Shown here piece after piece: positions 47,942 through 58,161 of a stretch of 64,000 nucleotides of DNA. The stretch is from Chthoniobacter flavus (GTDB taxonomy: Bacteria; Verrucomicrobiota; Verrucomicrobiia; Chthoniobacterales; JACTMZ01), in NCBI GenBank assembly GCA_945871065.1, contig CAMBUL010000004.1, positions 7,847 to 71,846 on the forward strand, in the 5' to 3' direction. Positions within the stretch are counted from its first letter, which is position 1. Every line of letters starts with the position of its first letter. Both the position numbers and the translations under genes were made by a program. The notes beneath the pieces are model-generated. The model had not been told where the DNA came from. It did no database searches and worked only from the letters and a program-made list of their open reading frames with translations.

Positions 47942-48336
47942 ATCGAATTTGTGCCAACCCGGCATTTCCGCGTTGGGCGCCCCTGCGACCTGGCTGGGAT
48001 CGGCGAATTTCAGAAATCCTGATGTGCAAGGAAACCGCATGAGCCTGCGCAAGCTCAGGGGGCATGCTCGTCCCGACCGTGTGGACACCGGTTTGCCAGC
48101 AAATCGGGCTTACCTCTTTTCACTGATGTCCCAACTCTTCCGGGTAAGGTCAGGATGTCTGAATTTATTCGCCGGGCGTTCAATTGCCGCGCGAAGCGCG
48201 GGTTGGTATTTTTCGGCGGCGACTGAATGGGAGGCGTGGGAACGCCGGACACCGCCTGCCGAGAGGCAGGGCGCGGCACCCGGGAGTGCGCAAGGCAACT
48301 CGCCGATCCCCGTGCGATATCGCTTCGCGACGAAGC

Positions 48337-51246
48337 CTACAAATTTTCCACAAAGTTCCGGAAGAGCCTGTCGCTCATCGGGTCCACTCCGTATTGGCTC
48401 GCAATCGGGATCTGGCACAGGAGCATTTTCGAGCCACCGACGGACACCTCGCACAGGTCCGTGCAATGCGACCAGGCGGGACCGCAGCCATTACCCAAGA
48501 CTCCCGCGCTGATCTCGCCAGCCGGCAGGTTCAACGACCGGTTGGGAATGAGGTCCCGGAACCGGTCATCCATGAGGGTGTTGTTCGGCACGCCTTCGGT
48601 GTATTTCGTCCGGTTGAGATAGTGCAGATTGGGGGCAAACGTGCCTTCGCTGGCCAACAGCGGCGGACTGACCGGAAAATCGGGGGCGGCATAGATGTTC
48701 GTTTCAGGCTTGTGAGTTGGTTCCTGGCGCAAAACAATGACCTTCTTGCCTTCGCTGATGCTCTTTTTGACTTTTGCGGTGACATCCGCGTGATCCGCGT
48801 TGCAGGAGCCGACGACCACAATATCCGCCTGGTTGATATCGCCGGTGACAGCAACCAGGCGCTCATAGCCTTCATACCCGCCGCCAATGAAATGAACGGT
48901 TTTGCCTGCCACTTTGGAATCATTTCTTTTGTAAAGCGCCGTCGTGGTTTTCTTCTCGGCAAGAAGTTTCCCATCGGGGCTTTTAAGAACCGCTTGAATA
49001 GTCAACCCGCCTTCCGTCTCGGGAGTGGTGAAGTCCAGGGCCGCCGGCGTGCTCACCCCTTTCGGAACCCGGCATTTCCATTCCTGCTCATAGATTGGCT
49101 TGCCGGATCCATCGGTCACCGAGATTGCCACGCGGCAATCCTCCCAATCCCGGCCGCTGTCATTGACCGCGAGGATGTTGGATTTGAAGTTTGAGCCGCC
49201 ATACAGGCGGACAGGGGCATCGTCCAGAACCAGAATGACGTCCTTCAGGACCCCGGCGAAAGCGGAATACGCCTTCTTGGGCTGGCGCCACACATCCAAA
49301 ATCCCCGCATACATCTCCCCGCTGGCATCATTAAGCTGCGTGGCACTCCATCCCGAAATCACGGGATTGATCCGCATCGCTTCCACCTGGCGGACAAACC
49401 CCTGCGCCTGGATCTCCTGTGAAAGCGCGAGAAAGAAATCATAGCCTCCGCCCTGCGTGTAAGCGGGAATCTTTTCGGCGGCGCTCACAAAGCTCTCATA
49501 CGCTTGCGTGACGATTTCAGCATCCTTGGGATTCAGCGAAGGATATTTCTGATACCGCGCAATGACGCTGCGAAAGTCCGGCAATCCGCCCGCGCCAAAC
49601 TCCGACATGAACATCTGCCCGCCGTTTTTGGCTGTGTTTTCCGTGCGGTCATAGAAGACCTGGGCCTCGCTCTGGTTCACCAAAAACGTCCCATATTGGC
49701 GAAGCACTGAAGCATTCCCGATGTTTTTGATAAAATCGAAATTCCGGGTTGGCAGCGGAATTTCCCAATAGGCGTGAATATCCTCCGCAGGCGTCAACTG
49801 CCCGGAAGCGGTCGCTCCGCCATACCACGCCTGCCCGAATTCGCAATACACAGTCGCGCAAAATCCCGAGATGCCGCTTACGTCAATAATCACCCGGCTC
49901 TTGTCGATGGATTGCAAATACTCCGCCAGTTTCTTCCTGCCGTCATGTTCCTGATGCCAGTTCTCATTCGTAATTCCGAGAATCACCACCGACGGGTGGT
50001 TATAGGCATTATGCGCCATGTCACGAATCTCATTTTGGTAAAGGCCCAACGCATTGGGGTCATATTTCATCCACGCGATGGGAGATTCCTGATAGACGAG
50101 AAGCCCGAGTTCATCGCAAAGGCGAAGGTAGCGTTCCGACCCGGGCCGGACGTGCAGACGGATCATATTGAATCCAGCCTTTTTCACCAGGTTCAGTTCA
50201 TCCACCTCCATCTGCGGGTCCACCGGATCCACCAGCCCGACCGGGTAGCTTGGCTGCAAGAGGATGCCCTTGAGGATGATTTTTTCGCCGTTGAGAACAA
50301 AGCTTCCCTTATCAAACAAAATCGTCCGCACACCGATTTTGGTTGCATAAGTATCCACGACCGCGCCCTGCGATTCGACGGTCATGTGGAAATCGTAAAG
50401 GTAGGGATCCTTGGGCGACCACAAGCGGGGGTTTGCGATGGCGAGTTCCATGCGCGCATCCACGAGTTGGTCCGCGACCTCCACGGTTTTGGCAGCCACC
50501 ACGCGGCCTTCGTGGTCCCGGATTTCATAGCGGGCGGTGAACCCCTCATCCCCGACTTTCTGAATATCGGGATCAATGGTGATCCGTCCGTCCATGGCGG
50601 TGTTGATCCTAACATCCGCAATGCGGGCCACGCGGTAGTAGAAAAGATCCACGTCGCGGTAGATGCCGCCAAAATTGTAATACCATGTCTCCTTGCCGGT
50701 CGCCGCCGAGCTGATCTTGCGGCCCTCGAATTCCTTCCCGGTCCGGTCAAAGTCAATCACCCGCACGGTCAGCGTGTTGGTTTCCCCCGCCTGAAGTTGC
50801 CCGTTGACATCAAACTCAAACGGCAGGTAGCCGCCCTCGTGGGTTCCCAGCTTTTTGCCATTGAGCCAGACCTCCGCGATATAGTTGACGGCCTGAAAGC
50901 GCAGAATGGCGGCATCAAACCCCGCCGGCTGCGCAAGGAATTGGCGTTCGTAAATGACCGCCCCGGTGTATTCGCGTTCCGCCGGCTTCTGGGTGTTCCA
51001 TATCGAGGGAACCGCGATGTCCTCCGCCTGCGGGTTGGCGGCAACCCCACCGGAGGCAAGATAGTGCGGAACCCCAAGGTTCGTGCGGTCGAATATGATT
51101 TTCCAATTCCCATTCAAGGACTGGCGGCTGCTCGCGGCTGCGGGCTCGCCGGACCTCTCATCGGCGGCGAGCGGGGATGTTGAAGCCTGGAGGACCGCCA
51201 AGGAGGTCAGAGCAAGAAGGATTGATTTCACCGCATTCTTTGTCAT
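48337..51246 (-). CDS. Secreted glycoside hydrolase family 2 enzyme with a long C-terminal extension
   Basis: Signal peptide MTKNAVKSILLALTSLAVLQA. Motifs VWLNGKKLGTHEGGYLPFEFDV, NMIRLHVRP, ILGITNENW (acid/base) and MFMSEFGAGG (nucleophile context). About 350 extra C-terminal residues. Confidence 0.85.
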   Translation of the reverse strand: MTKNAVKSILLALTSLAVLQASTSPLAADERSGEPAAASSRQSLNGNWKIIFDRTNLGVPHYLASGGVAANPQAEDIAVPSIWNTQKPAEREYTGAVIYERQFLAQPAGFDAAILRFQAVNYIAEVWLNGKKLGTHEGGYLPFEFDVNGQLQAGETNTLTVRVIDFDRTGKEFEGRKISSAATGKETWYYNFGGIYRDVDLFYYRVARIADVRINTAMDGRITIDPDIQKVGDEGFTARYEIRDHEGRVVAAKTVEVADQLVDARMELAIANPRLWSPKDPYLYDFHMTVESQGAVVDTYATKIGVRTILFDKGSFVLNGEKIILKGILLQPSYPVGLVDPVDPQMEVDELNLVKKAGFNMIRLHVRPGSERYLRLCDELGLLVYQESPIAWMKYDPNALGLYQNEIRDMAHNAYNHPSVVILGITNENWHQEHDGRKKLAEYLQSIDKSRVIIDVSGISGFCATVYCEFGQAWYGGATASGQLTPAEDIHAYWEIPLPTRNFDFIKNIGNASVLRQYGTFLVNQSEAQVFYDRTENTAKNGGQMFMSEFGAGGLPDFRSVIARYQKYPSLNPKDAEIVTQAYESFVSAAEKIPAYTQGGGYDFFLALSQEIQAQGFVRQVEAMRINPVISGWSATQLNDASGEMYAGILDVWRQPKKAYSAFAGVLKDVILVLDDAPVRLYGGSNFKSNILAVNDSGRDWEDCRVAISVTDGSGKPIYEQEWKCRVPKGVSTPAALDFTTPETEGGLTIQAVLKSPDGKLLAEKKTTTALYKRNDSKVAGKTVHFIGGGYEGYERLVAVTGDINQADIVVVGSCNADHADVTAKVKKSISEGKKVIVLRQEPTHKPETNIYAAPDFPVSPPLLASEGTFAPNLHYLNRTKYTEGVPNNTLMDDRFRDLIPNRSLNLPAGEISAGVLGNGCGPAWSHCTDLCEVSVGGSKMLLCQIPIASQYGVDPMSDRLFRNFVENL

Positions 51247-51264
51247 GGGGTCGGACTCTGTCGG

Positions 51265-54200
51265 TTAGTTCTTGGTGAACTTGGCCTGCTGCCGGATGTC
51301 CTCGGAGGATGCGCCGACCATGATCTCGTAGTCGCCGTTGTCCACGGTGTAACCTTTCTTGATCACGTCCCAGTAATGGAGGTCCTTGATCTTGAGCGGC
51401 AGGTTCACGGTCTTGGTTTCGCCGGGCTTCAAAGCAATGCGGCTGAAGCCTTCCATTTGTTTGATCGGTTGGTAGTAGCGGGAGCCGGTGTTATGCACAT
51501 ACATCTGCACGACCTCGTCGCCGGCCACTGGACCGGTATTCTTGACGTCCACACTGACAGTGAGTGTGTCTTTGTCGGTCAGTTTGTCCGCGCTGAGCTT
51601 CAGGTTGGAGTATTCGAAGGTGCTGTAGCTCAGACCATGACCGAAGGGATAGAGGGGTTTGTCTTTCTGGTAGAGATAGGTCCGCCCGCCGCGTGTGATA
51701 TCGACATAGAGCTCGTAGTAATACATCGGGAAGAGCTTGATCATCGGACGCATAGAACGTGATGGGCAGGCGACCTGCCGGGTTGTAGTCCCCAAACAGC
51801 ACGTCGGCCAGGGCGTGACCGCCTTGCTGGCCGGGATACCAGTAGTTCAAAATCGCCGGGATGTTCTCGCTCACCCAGGTCATCGCCAGGGAACTCCCCA
51901 CCTGCACCACACAGACGATGTTTGGGTTCACGGCTCGCAGGCGTTTGAGCCATTCGGTCTGGGCGGCAGGAATTTCGATCGAGGTGCGGTCCATCCCTTC
52001 GTGTTCCTCCACCCCGCCCCATAGGCCGATGGTGGCGATGACCAGATCGCTGTTGCGCGCTGCGTCCAACTCTGCCGCCAGTTGCGGATTGTCGCAGGTG
52101 GCCGAACTCCACTCGAAGCGAATCGCTCCTCCGCCCGACAGGTTCTGATACTCAATGCGAAGATCGTATTCCTGACCGGCCTGCAGGACCACGTTGACGT
52201 CGCTGGAGGTTTCGGCGTGCGCTCCCCATGCGTTAATGAGCTGCTTGCCATCCAAGTAGAGCCTGGCCCCGTCATCGTAGGTCAGTCGGAGCATACATGG
52301 CCCGGTCTTTTCCGGGATCAGTTTGCCGGTCCAACGCGCGGAAAACGCTTCGGTTTGCACGGGCTTTTCACCCCACACGAAGTTGATTTGTTCGTCCTGG
52401 CGGACAAGGTCGGGTTTGATTCCGGGCTCCGGCCTTGAAAAATATTCAGCCTTCAGACCCGGCACTCTTTTCCCTTGGGCATCCTCGGAGACCAGGAAGG
52501 CTGGGCCGACCGGTGCGCAGGAACTGACGACCTGCAAGCTTGCCGGAGCGGTCAGCACCTGCGCCTTGTCGCCGACCCGCTCGCGGATCCCCATGAGCGG
52601 AGTGACCATGCCGCCAATCGGCGTGGCGTTATAGGGGCCGACATCGGTGCGATCCGCATAAGGCCCCAGAACGGCGATCTTCTTCACCTTTTCCAGGTTG
52701 ATCGGCAGGAGGCTGGCCCCTTTTTCCACAGGCTGGTTTTTCAGCAACACCATGGACTCACGTGAGGTCTGACGGGCCAGTTCGATATGTTCCGGCGAGC
52801 CGATGACCGAGCGGGGAATGTTGCGGTAGGGGTCGCTCTCAGCCGGATCCATGAGGCCCAGCCGGAACCGGATGTCGAACATGCCCTTGACCGCACGATC
52901 CAGATCCGCCTCACTGCACAGGCCCTTCTTGACGGCTTCAATGACCGCTGCGGTCACTTCCGGGTTGCCCTTACTGAAATCGGCGATGATGTCGGTGCCT
53001 GCGACCAACTGGTCGGCGCAGGCCTCCGGCAGTCCGGTGCTCCAATGGTGCAGGTTTTTATTCATGAGATTGGACGGGGTTCCCACATCCGTCACCGTTG
53101 CGCGGGTAAAGCCCCATTCGTCCCGCAAGACTTTCTTCAGCAGCCAGGGGTCGCATGCGGCGGGGACATCGTTGTTGCCATCGTATCCGGTCAGGATGAG
53201 GGCGGCATTGGCTTCACGAATGCCCGCTTCGAACGGGGCGAAGAAGTAGTCGCGGAGCGCCCGTTCGCTCACGGCATGCCGTGCGTAGGGGCGGGAAATT
53301 TCCTCGTTGTTGGCCGGAAAATGTTTCAGCAAGGCCCCGGCCTTGTAGCGGCCTGGAATATCGCCCTGCACCCCGGTGACAAAGGCGACGGTCATGCGGC
53401 TGGAAAGCAGGGGATCCTCGCCATAGGTTTCCGCGGTCCGCCCCCAGCGCGGGTCGCGCGCCATATTGACCGTCGGCGCCCAGACGGTCAGGCCGCGGTG
53501 TTCGGGGATGTCTCCCTCACGCACCGCCGTGGCGCGGGTTTCGTCACCAATCGCAACGGCCATCTTCCGGATCAAGGCCGGGTCAAAGGTCGCAGCGAGG
53601 GCAATCGGCGTGGGGAAGAGCGTGGCAGGCTCGTCGCGCATGATGCCATGCAGTGCCTCGTTCCACCAGTGGTAGCCGGGAATGCCGAGCCGCGGGATCG
53701 GTGCGGAATTCCAAAAAACTTGGGAGGCTTTCTCTTCCATCGTCAACTGCGACACGAGGTCGTCCACCCGCTTTTCCACCGGAAGTTTCGGATCCTGCCA
53801 TTTCGCGAGGGGCGGCCTTTTCGCCGGACCGATCCGCAGCGACGCCACGCTCAAAACCCCCGGCTGACCGCCGCGCACGGTCACTGTGCTTTCCGGTTTG
53901 AAACTCACCACGCCGCCGTCAAACCACCCAGACCAGCCAAAGGGATCGCTGGATTTCTGGTCGGACCGCTTTTGCTCATTGACCTGCCACACCTTCTGGT
54001 CGTCCGTTGTGGTCGGGTTGCCATCAGCATCAAAGGTGAAAATGGCCTGCGTCGTTTGATCAGGCCCCAGTCCCCAAGAAAACTCCAGGGAATGCTCGCC
54101 GGAAAGATTGGGCTGGAAGGTGGCCACGACACCGGGAGCCTTCGATTGCGCGAAAACCAAGGCCGACGACTCGCGGCCATACGGGACATTCTCCCAGATT

Positions 54201-54775
54201 CCCGTGTAGCTGACCGCAGGCGAAAGCGCATCAAAGAGAAGGCCCTCGTCGGAGACCCTCACTGCATCAATGGCGACCGCCCCGCCGTCTGCCGCCGACA
54301 CGATGATTTTTGAGGCCGGCGTCAGGTCGAAGGAGCCGAGAGGAAACCAGCCACTGGACTGACCGCCCTTCACGGCGAGCTGCCCCGGGGCGGCGGGTTG
54401 CTGGGTGGCCGGAAGTCGATTGTCCACTGGGATCGTGGTCTGGTCGTTGGTGGTCGCGATGTTTCCATCCAGATCCACCATATACTTGAGACCCGGCGTG
54501 TGATTGGAATCCACCCCCCAGCAAACCTGCACGGCGCGTCGCCCCTGAACCCCCGGAGTATAGGTGACCTGCGCCTTGGCGGCCTCGCCGGAAAACCACC
54601 GATAGTCTCCGTTCATCCCCTGCCCCCCGCTGTTCCACGAACCACCGGCTTCCTGGTAGCGGGCGGGGGAACTCTTGCTGTCGATGATGAGCGTGTCGGC
54701 CACAGCCGGGCCAACGGCCAAGGAAAGGAGGAGGGTCAGGCTGACGAGGTGGCAATAGTGGTGTGGTTTAGTCAT
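51265..54775 (-). pseudogene. GH3 beta-glucosidase-type enzyme with N-terminal tandem domains and a PA14 insert, interrupted by a frameshift near 51724
   Basis: Frame A (51491..54775) carries a signal peptide, GIPGYHWWNEALHG, a PA14 domain (LKAEYFSRPEPG...RFEWS) and GRLPITFYASDDQALPD, then turns to nonsense. Frame B (51265..51795) resumes with YYYELYVDITRGGRTYLYQKDKPLYPFGHGLSYSTFEYSNL and the Fn3-like tail. Confidence 0.75.
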
Positions 54776-54837
54776 GGTCTTTATTGGTAGTAATTGAGGC
54801 TGTTGAAACTTCTCTGGGAAATCGCTATTGCTCCGCT

Positions 54838-57800
54838 CTATGGCGTGGGCCGGGCGACCTCGGTTTGCAGGAGTGGGGCGAGCGTGGGATACCGGCATTC
54901 GATGCGCGCCTGGAACTGCCAGCCTCCCCGGTCGTTCACGGCCCGGATGAGGAAGTGGTTCCAGCCTTTTTCCAGAGACAGCCCGGTGAGCTTGTATTGA
55001 TCGGGTTGCAGTGGGTTTTTTCCGCGGTTCTCGAGGACCGGCTTGCCGTTGAGCCAGATTTTCGCGCCGTCGTCGCTTCCCGCGATCAGATTCACCTTGG
55101 CACCCTGCGAATGATCGAGGAGGACGCCGCCCTCGAGGAGGTTGTCCGAGCGCGGGCTGAAGAGCCAGAAGCTGAGGTAGGCGGCTTTGTTCGCTGCCTC
55201 GGCATCATTTTCCAATGTGTTGAGCTCGAAGATCCCGGCGGGGGACGCCTGCATCTCGCGCCAGGTGCTGCTGCCCGCGGGAGCACCGGGCTTCGGATCA
55301 AGGGAGCCTTTGTCGCCAAGGAAATCTTTGTCGAGAGCCTCCTCGTAGTTGGATCCCGTGAACGGGCCGGCCACCAGCGCCCGCGTGACGCAGCCGTTGG
55401 CATCCAGAATTCCGCCGGACACCGCCTCGGGCTCGAGCAGACGGACGCCCAGGCCGATGAAAAGAGCCCGGAAGAACTCAACATGGGCCGGGGTGGGTGT
55501 TGCGGATTCGAGGCTGCTCACAAGGAGGCGGCCTTTGTCGGCGGCAACCTCCACCAGCGCAGCAGCGGGTGGTTTGGCCTCACGCTCGGAGCGGACCGCC
55601 GCGGCGACTTTGAGCGGTTCCTGACGGTCGCGCCAGAGTTGCCAGTTGATATCCGCCGCGCGCAGGACGGTGCGGCCCTTCTCCGCAAGCGACCCTCCGA
55701 TCCCCTGCTTCATGACGATCCGTCCATCGGCAGCCTCGCTGAAGTAGCACCGGCTGGGGCGCAGCGCGTTGGCGAGAGCGTCGTCACCTTCCGGCAAAAG
55801 CGAACTGGCGGAGCGGGGCGAGAGTCGCACCTCCCCGGGCAACAGAGCGTTGGCGTCCGCGAGGGTCTCAGGGCTCAGTCCCCACACCAATACGGTGCCG
55901 CCACCGGCGAGGGCATTATCGATTTTTTCGCGCACGGCGGGGACCGGCTCGCTCAGGCTCGCGACGTCCACCACCAGCACGGGCCCGGAGCCGGAATTTG
56001 ACAAGGGCACTCCCGCCTTCTCGAGCGATTTGAAAAGCACGCCGGAGGCATCGCCAAGGAAAGCCACCCGCGTGATCTTACCGTCGTTCACCAGCGCGGG
56101 CGGCGGGCCGGGTTGGATCGGCGCGTCCGGGTTTTCGAACAAGCGGCGCGGAAAATCCTGCGGGCGTTCCGGCGCATAGGCGGCGCGCGCTGCATCAAAG
56201 ACCGGGGACGGCTGATAGACCGGCAGGCCCGGATCGTAGCCCGGATTCAACATCGTGGAATAGGGGCCGAGGCGTTCCGGCTGGATGCCAGGCTTGCCTT
56301 CCACATAGGGGGCGGTGAAATGGATGCCGTCCTCAAGCGTCGGTGGCTTCGTGAGGTCCGCCAGGCCGAAGGGCTGCGGCCAGAGGCCGTAGTAGGTGAC
56401 ATCATAAACCGAGACGACGCTAATATTAGGAAATGGCTTGATTTGTTTTTCGACCAGCTCGTCCCAAACCTCAAACGCCATTCCCTCGACCCGCCCGCGC
56501 CAGCTTTCATAGGCGCGTTCGCCGTTGTAGCGGCTCACCTCCGGAGGCATCCGACCCCACAGGTAGGTGGCCTCGGTCACCCCCCACGGTTTGCCGAGGC
56601 GTTCGTAGTTGCGGTAGTAGTCCGCCCCCGGGCCATAATGCGCGAGCACGACCGGATAGATGTCGGCCCATTCAAAGCCGCCATCCGAGGATATCCACGG
56701 ACGGGTGGGGTCGAGCCGGCGCACGCTTTCCACCAAGGGCGCGAAGCGGTCGCGCACGGCATCATGTTCCAGCTTGTCCTGGGTTTTGATTTTGAGCGCG
56801 TTGAGGGTTTCGTTTTCCACGCTCCATCCGAACACGGAGGCATGGTTGCGGTCACGCCGCACCATGCGCTCGAGGTGGTTGGCAAACCGCTCCCATGTGA
56901 CCGGCGCATCCAGGTTGAAATTGGCATGGCTTCCGTAGATGGCGGTCTCGCCGTGCACGAGGATCCCCATCTCATCCGCGAGGTCGAGATAGAACCGCGG
57001 ATACGGCATCGCATGCAGGCGGACGGCATTGATGTTGCAATCCTTGATCATGCGAAACCAAGCCCACGCATGGCGCGGGCTCAGATGCGCCACGCCGAAG
57101 AAGTGGCACAGCTCGATGTTGAGGCGCATCGGCTGGCCATTGAGTGTGAACCGATGGTCCTGATCGAACCCGAACTGCCGCCAGCCGAAGCGCGTGACCC
57201 GCCGGTCAACGACCTTGCCGCCGGATTTCACCTCGATGACGAGGCCGTAGAGGTTCGGCGATTCAGGGCTCCAGAGCGCAAGCTCGCCGCCGATCGCCTG
57301 GTCGAGCCGCACGGAGGCCGTGGCACCGGGTTCAACCTGGACGGAAGCAGGCTGAGCGAACGCGAGGACTACCTTGTCGCCAAACTCCCCGCGCCGTTCA
57401 GGGGCCGCCAGCAGCTCGGTCTCGCCGGAAGGAATCCATGGCACGACCCTGGCCTCAACGCTCAGATCGCGGGCCGCCGCCGTCTCGTTGCGCAGTTCGA
57501 TCTCCGCGCGGAGCAGGTTCTCCGTCAACAGCGGCTGGACGAAGACGTCCTGCGCCCTCGCGGGCGGCAAACCCAGCAGAAAGACGTCCTGCCAGATGCC
57601 AAAGATACCCGCCGCACCATTTTCGCCCGACCACCAGGCCCCCGTCGGATGCGTGAACTGACCGAACCGTCCGGGCAGATTGAAAAACCGCATGGCCCGC
57701 ACTCCAACAAGCAACTCGTTCAGCGCGTCGAGGCGGACGGCATCGGTCACATCCACGTCAAACGGCAGGAACTTGTCGGAATTGCGGGCCACCACCTTGC

Positions 57801-58161
57801 CATTGACCCGCACCTCGCAATCACCCGAGACCGCCTCAAAATGGAGAACGATCCTCCGGTCCCCCCAGTCCTTCGGCACCTTGAACTCGCGGCGCAGCCA
57901 ACCCATCTCCGCCTTTTCCCATAAGGCCGGATAGCTCGGAAAACTCCGGTAATCCGCTCCGTCGACCGCTCCAAACGAATCGAGAGCATTCATGTTCCAT
58001 GGGGACGGAATCTTGATCGGCGTGGCGTCCCAGCCATCCGCCTTCGGCTCCGGCAGGGCAGGCGGAGCGTCCTTGCCCGCCGTCCATCCCTGCGGCGTGG
58101 CCACCGGCTGGAACTGCCAGCGCCCGTTCAGGCACAGTTCCTGGCGGAGCGGCTTCTCCAT
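54838..58161 (-). CDS. GH2-like glycosidase with a large C-terminal multi-domain extension, no signal peptide
   Basis: VRVNGKVVARNSDKFLPFDVDVTD, INAVRLHAMPYP and FGWSVENE. The C-terminus ends in a lectin/jelly-roll-like segment (NLIAGSDDGAKIWLNGKPVLEN...FLIRAVNDRGGWQF). ATG at 58161 is preferred over the listed GTG at 58209. Confidence 0.75.
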   Translation of the reverse strand: MEKPLRQELCLNGRWQFQPVATPQGWTAGKDAPPALPEPKADGWDATPIKIPSPWNMNALDSFGAVDGADYRSFPSYPALWEKAEMGWLRREFKVPKDWGDRRIVLHFEAVSGDCEVRVNGKVVARNSDKFLPFDVDVTDAVRLDALNELLVGVRAMRFFNLPGRFGQFTHPTGAWWSGENGAAGIFGIWQDVFLLGLPPARAQDVFVQPLLTENLLRAEIELRNETAAARDLSVEARVVPWIPSGETELLAAPERRGEFGDKVVLAFAQPASVQVEPGATASVRLDQAIGGELALWSPESPNLYGLVIEVKSGGKVVDRRVTRFGWRQFGFDQDHRFTLNGQPMRLNIELCHFFGVAHLSPRHAWAWFRMIKDCNINAVRLHAMPYPRFYLDLADEMGILVHGETAIYGSHANFNLDAPVTWERFANHLERMVRRDRNHASVFGWSVENETLNALKIKTQDKLEHDAVRDRFAPLVESVRRLDPTRPWISSDGGFEWADIYPVVLAHYGPGADYYRNYERLGKPWGVTEATYLWGRMPPEVSRYNGERAYESWRGRVEGMAFEVWDELVEKQIKPFPNISVVSVYDVTYYGLWPQPFGLADLTKPPTLEDGIHFTAPYVEGKPGIQPERLGPYSTMLNPGYDPGLPVYQPSPVFDAARAAYAPERPQDFPRRLFENPDAPIQPGPPPALVNDGKITRVAFLGDASGVLFKSLEKAGVPLSNSGSGPVLVVDVASLSEPVPAVREKIDNALAGGGTVLVWGLSPETLADANALLPGEVRLSPRSASSLLPEGDDALANALRPSRCYFSEAADGRIVMKQGIGGSLAEKGRTVLRAADINWQLWRDRQEPLKVAAAVRSEREAKPPAAALVEVAADKGRLLVSSLESATPTPAHVEFFRALFIGLGVRLLEPEAVSGGILDANGCVTRALVAGPFTGSNYEEALDKDFLGDKGSLDPKPGAPAGSSTWREMQASPAGIFELNTLENDAEAANKAAYLSFWLFSPRSDNLLEGGVLLDHSQGAKVNLIAGSDDGAKIWLNGKPVLENRGKNPLQPDQYKLTGLSLEKGWNHFLIRAVNDRGGWQFQARIECRYPTLAPLLQTEVARPTP

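Noticed and set aside
47922-47965. Sigma-54 promoter suggested by two TTGGCAC boxes on the minus strand
   Set aside because: Neither box is followed at the required spacing by a TTGC(-12) element (GTGTC and CGATC are found instead), so this is not a credible -24/-12 promoter.
49774-57924. Several 400-600-aa plus-strand ORFs (49774..51183, 52787..54313, 54784..56001, 56113..57924)
   Set aside because: All are antisense to GH2/GH3 genes carrying canonical catalytic motifs, and they have shadow-frame composition.
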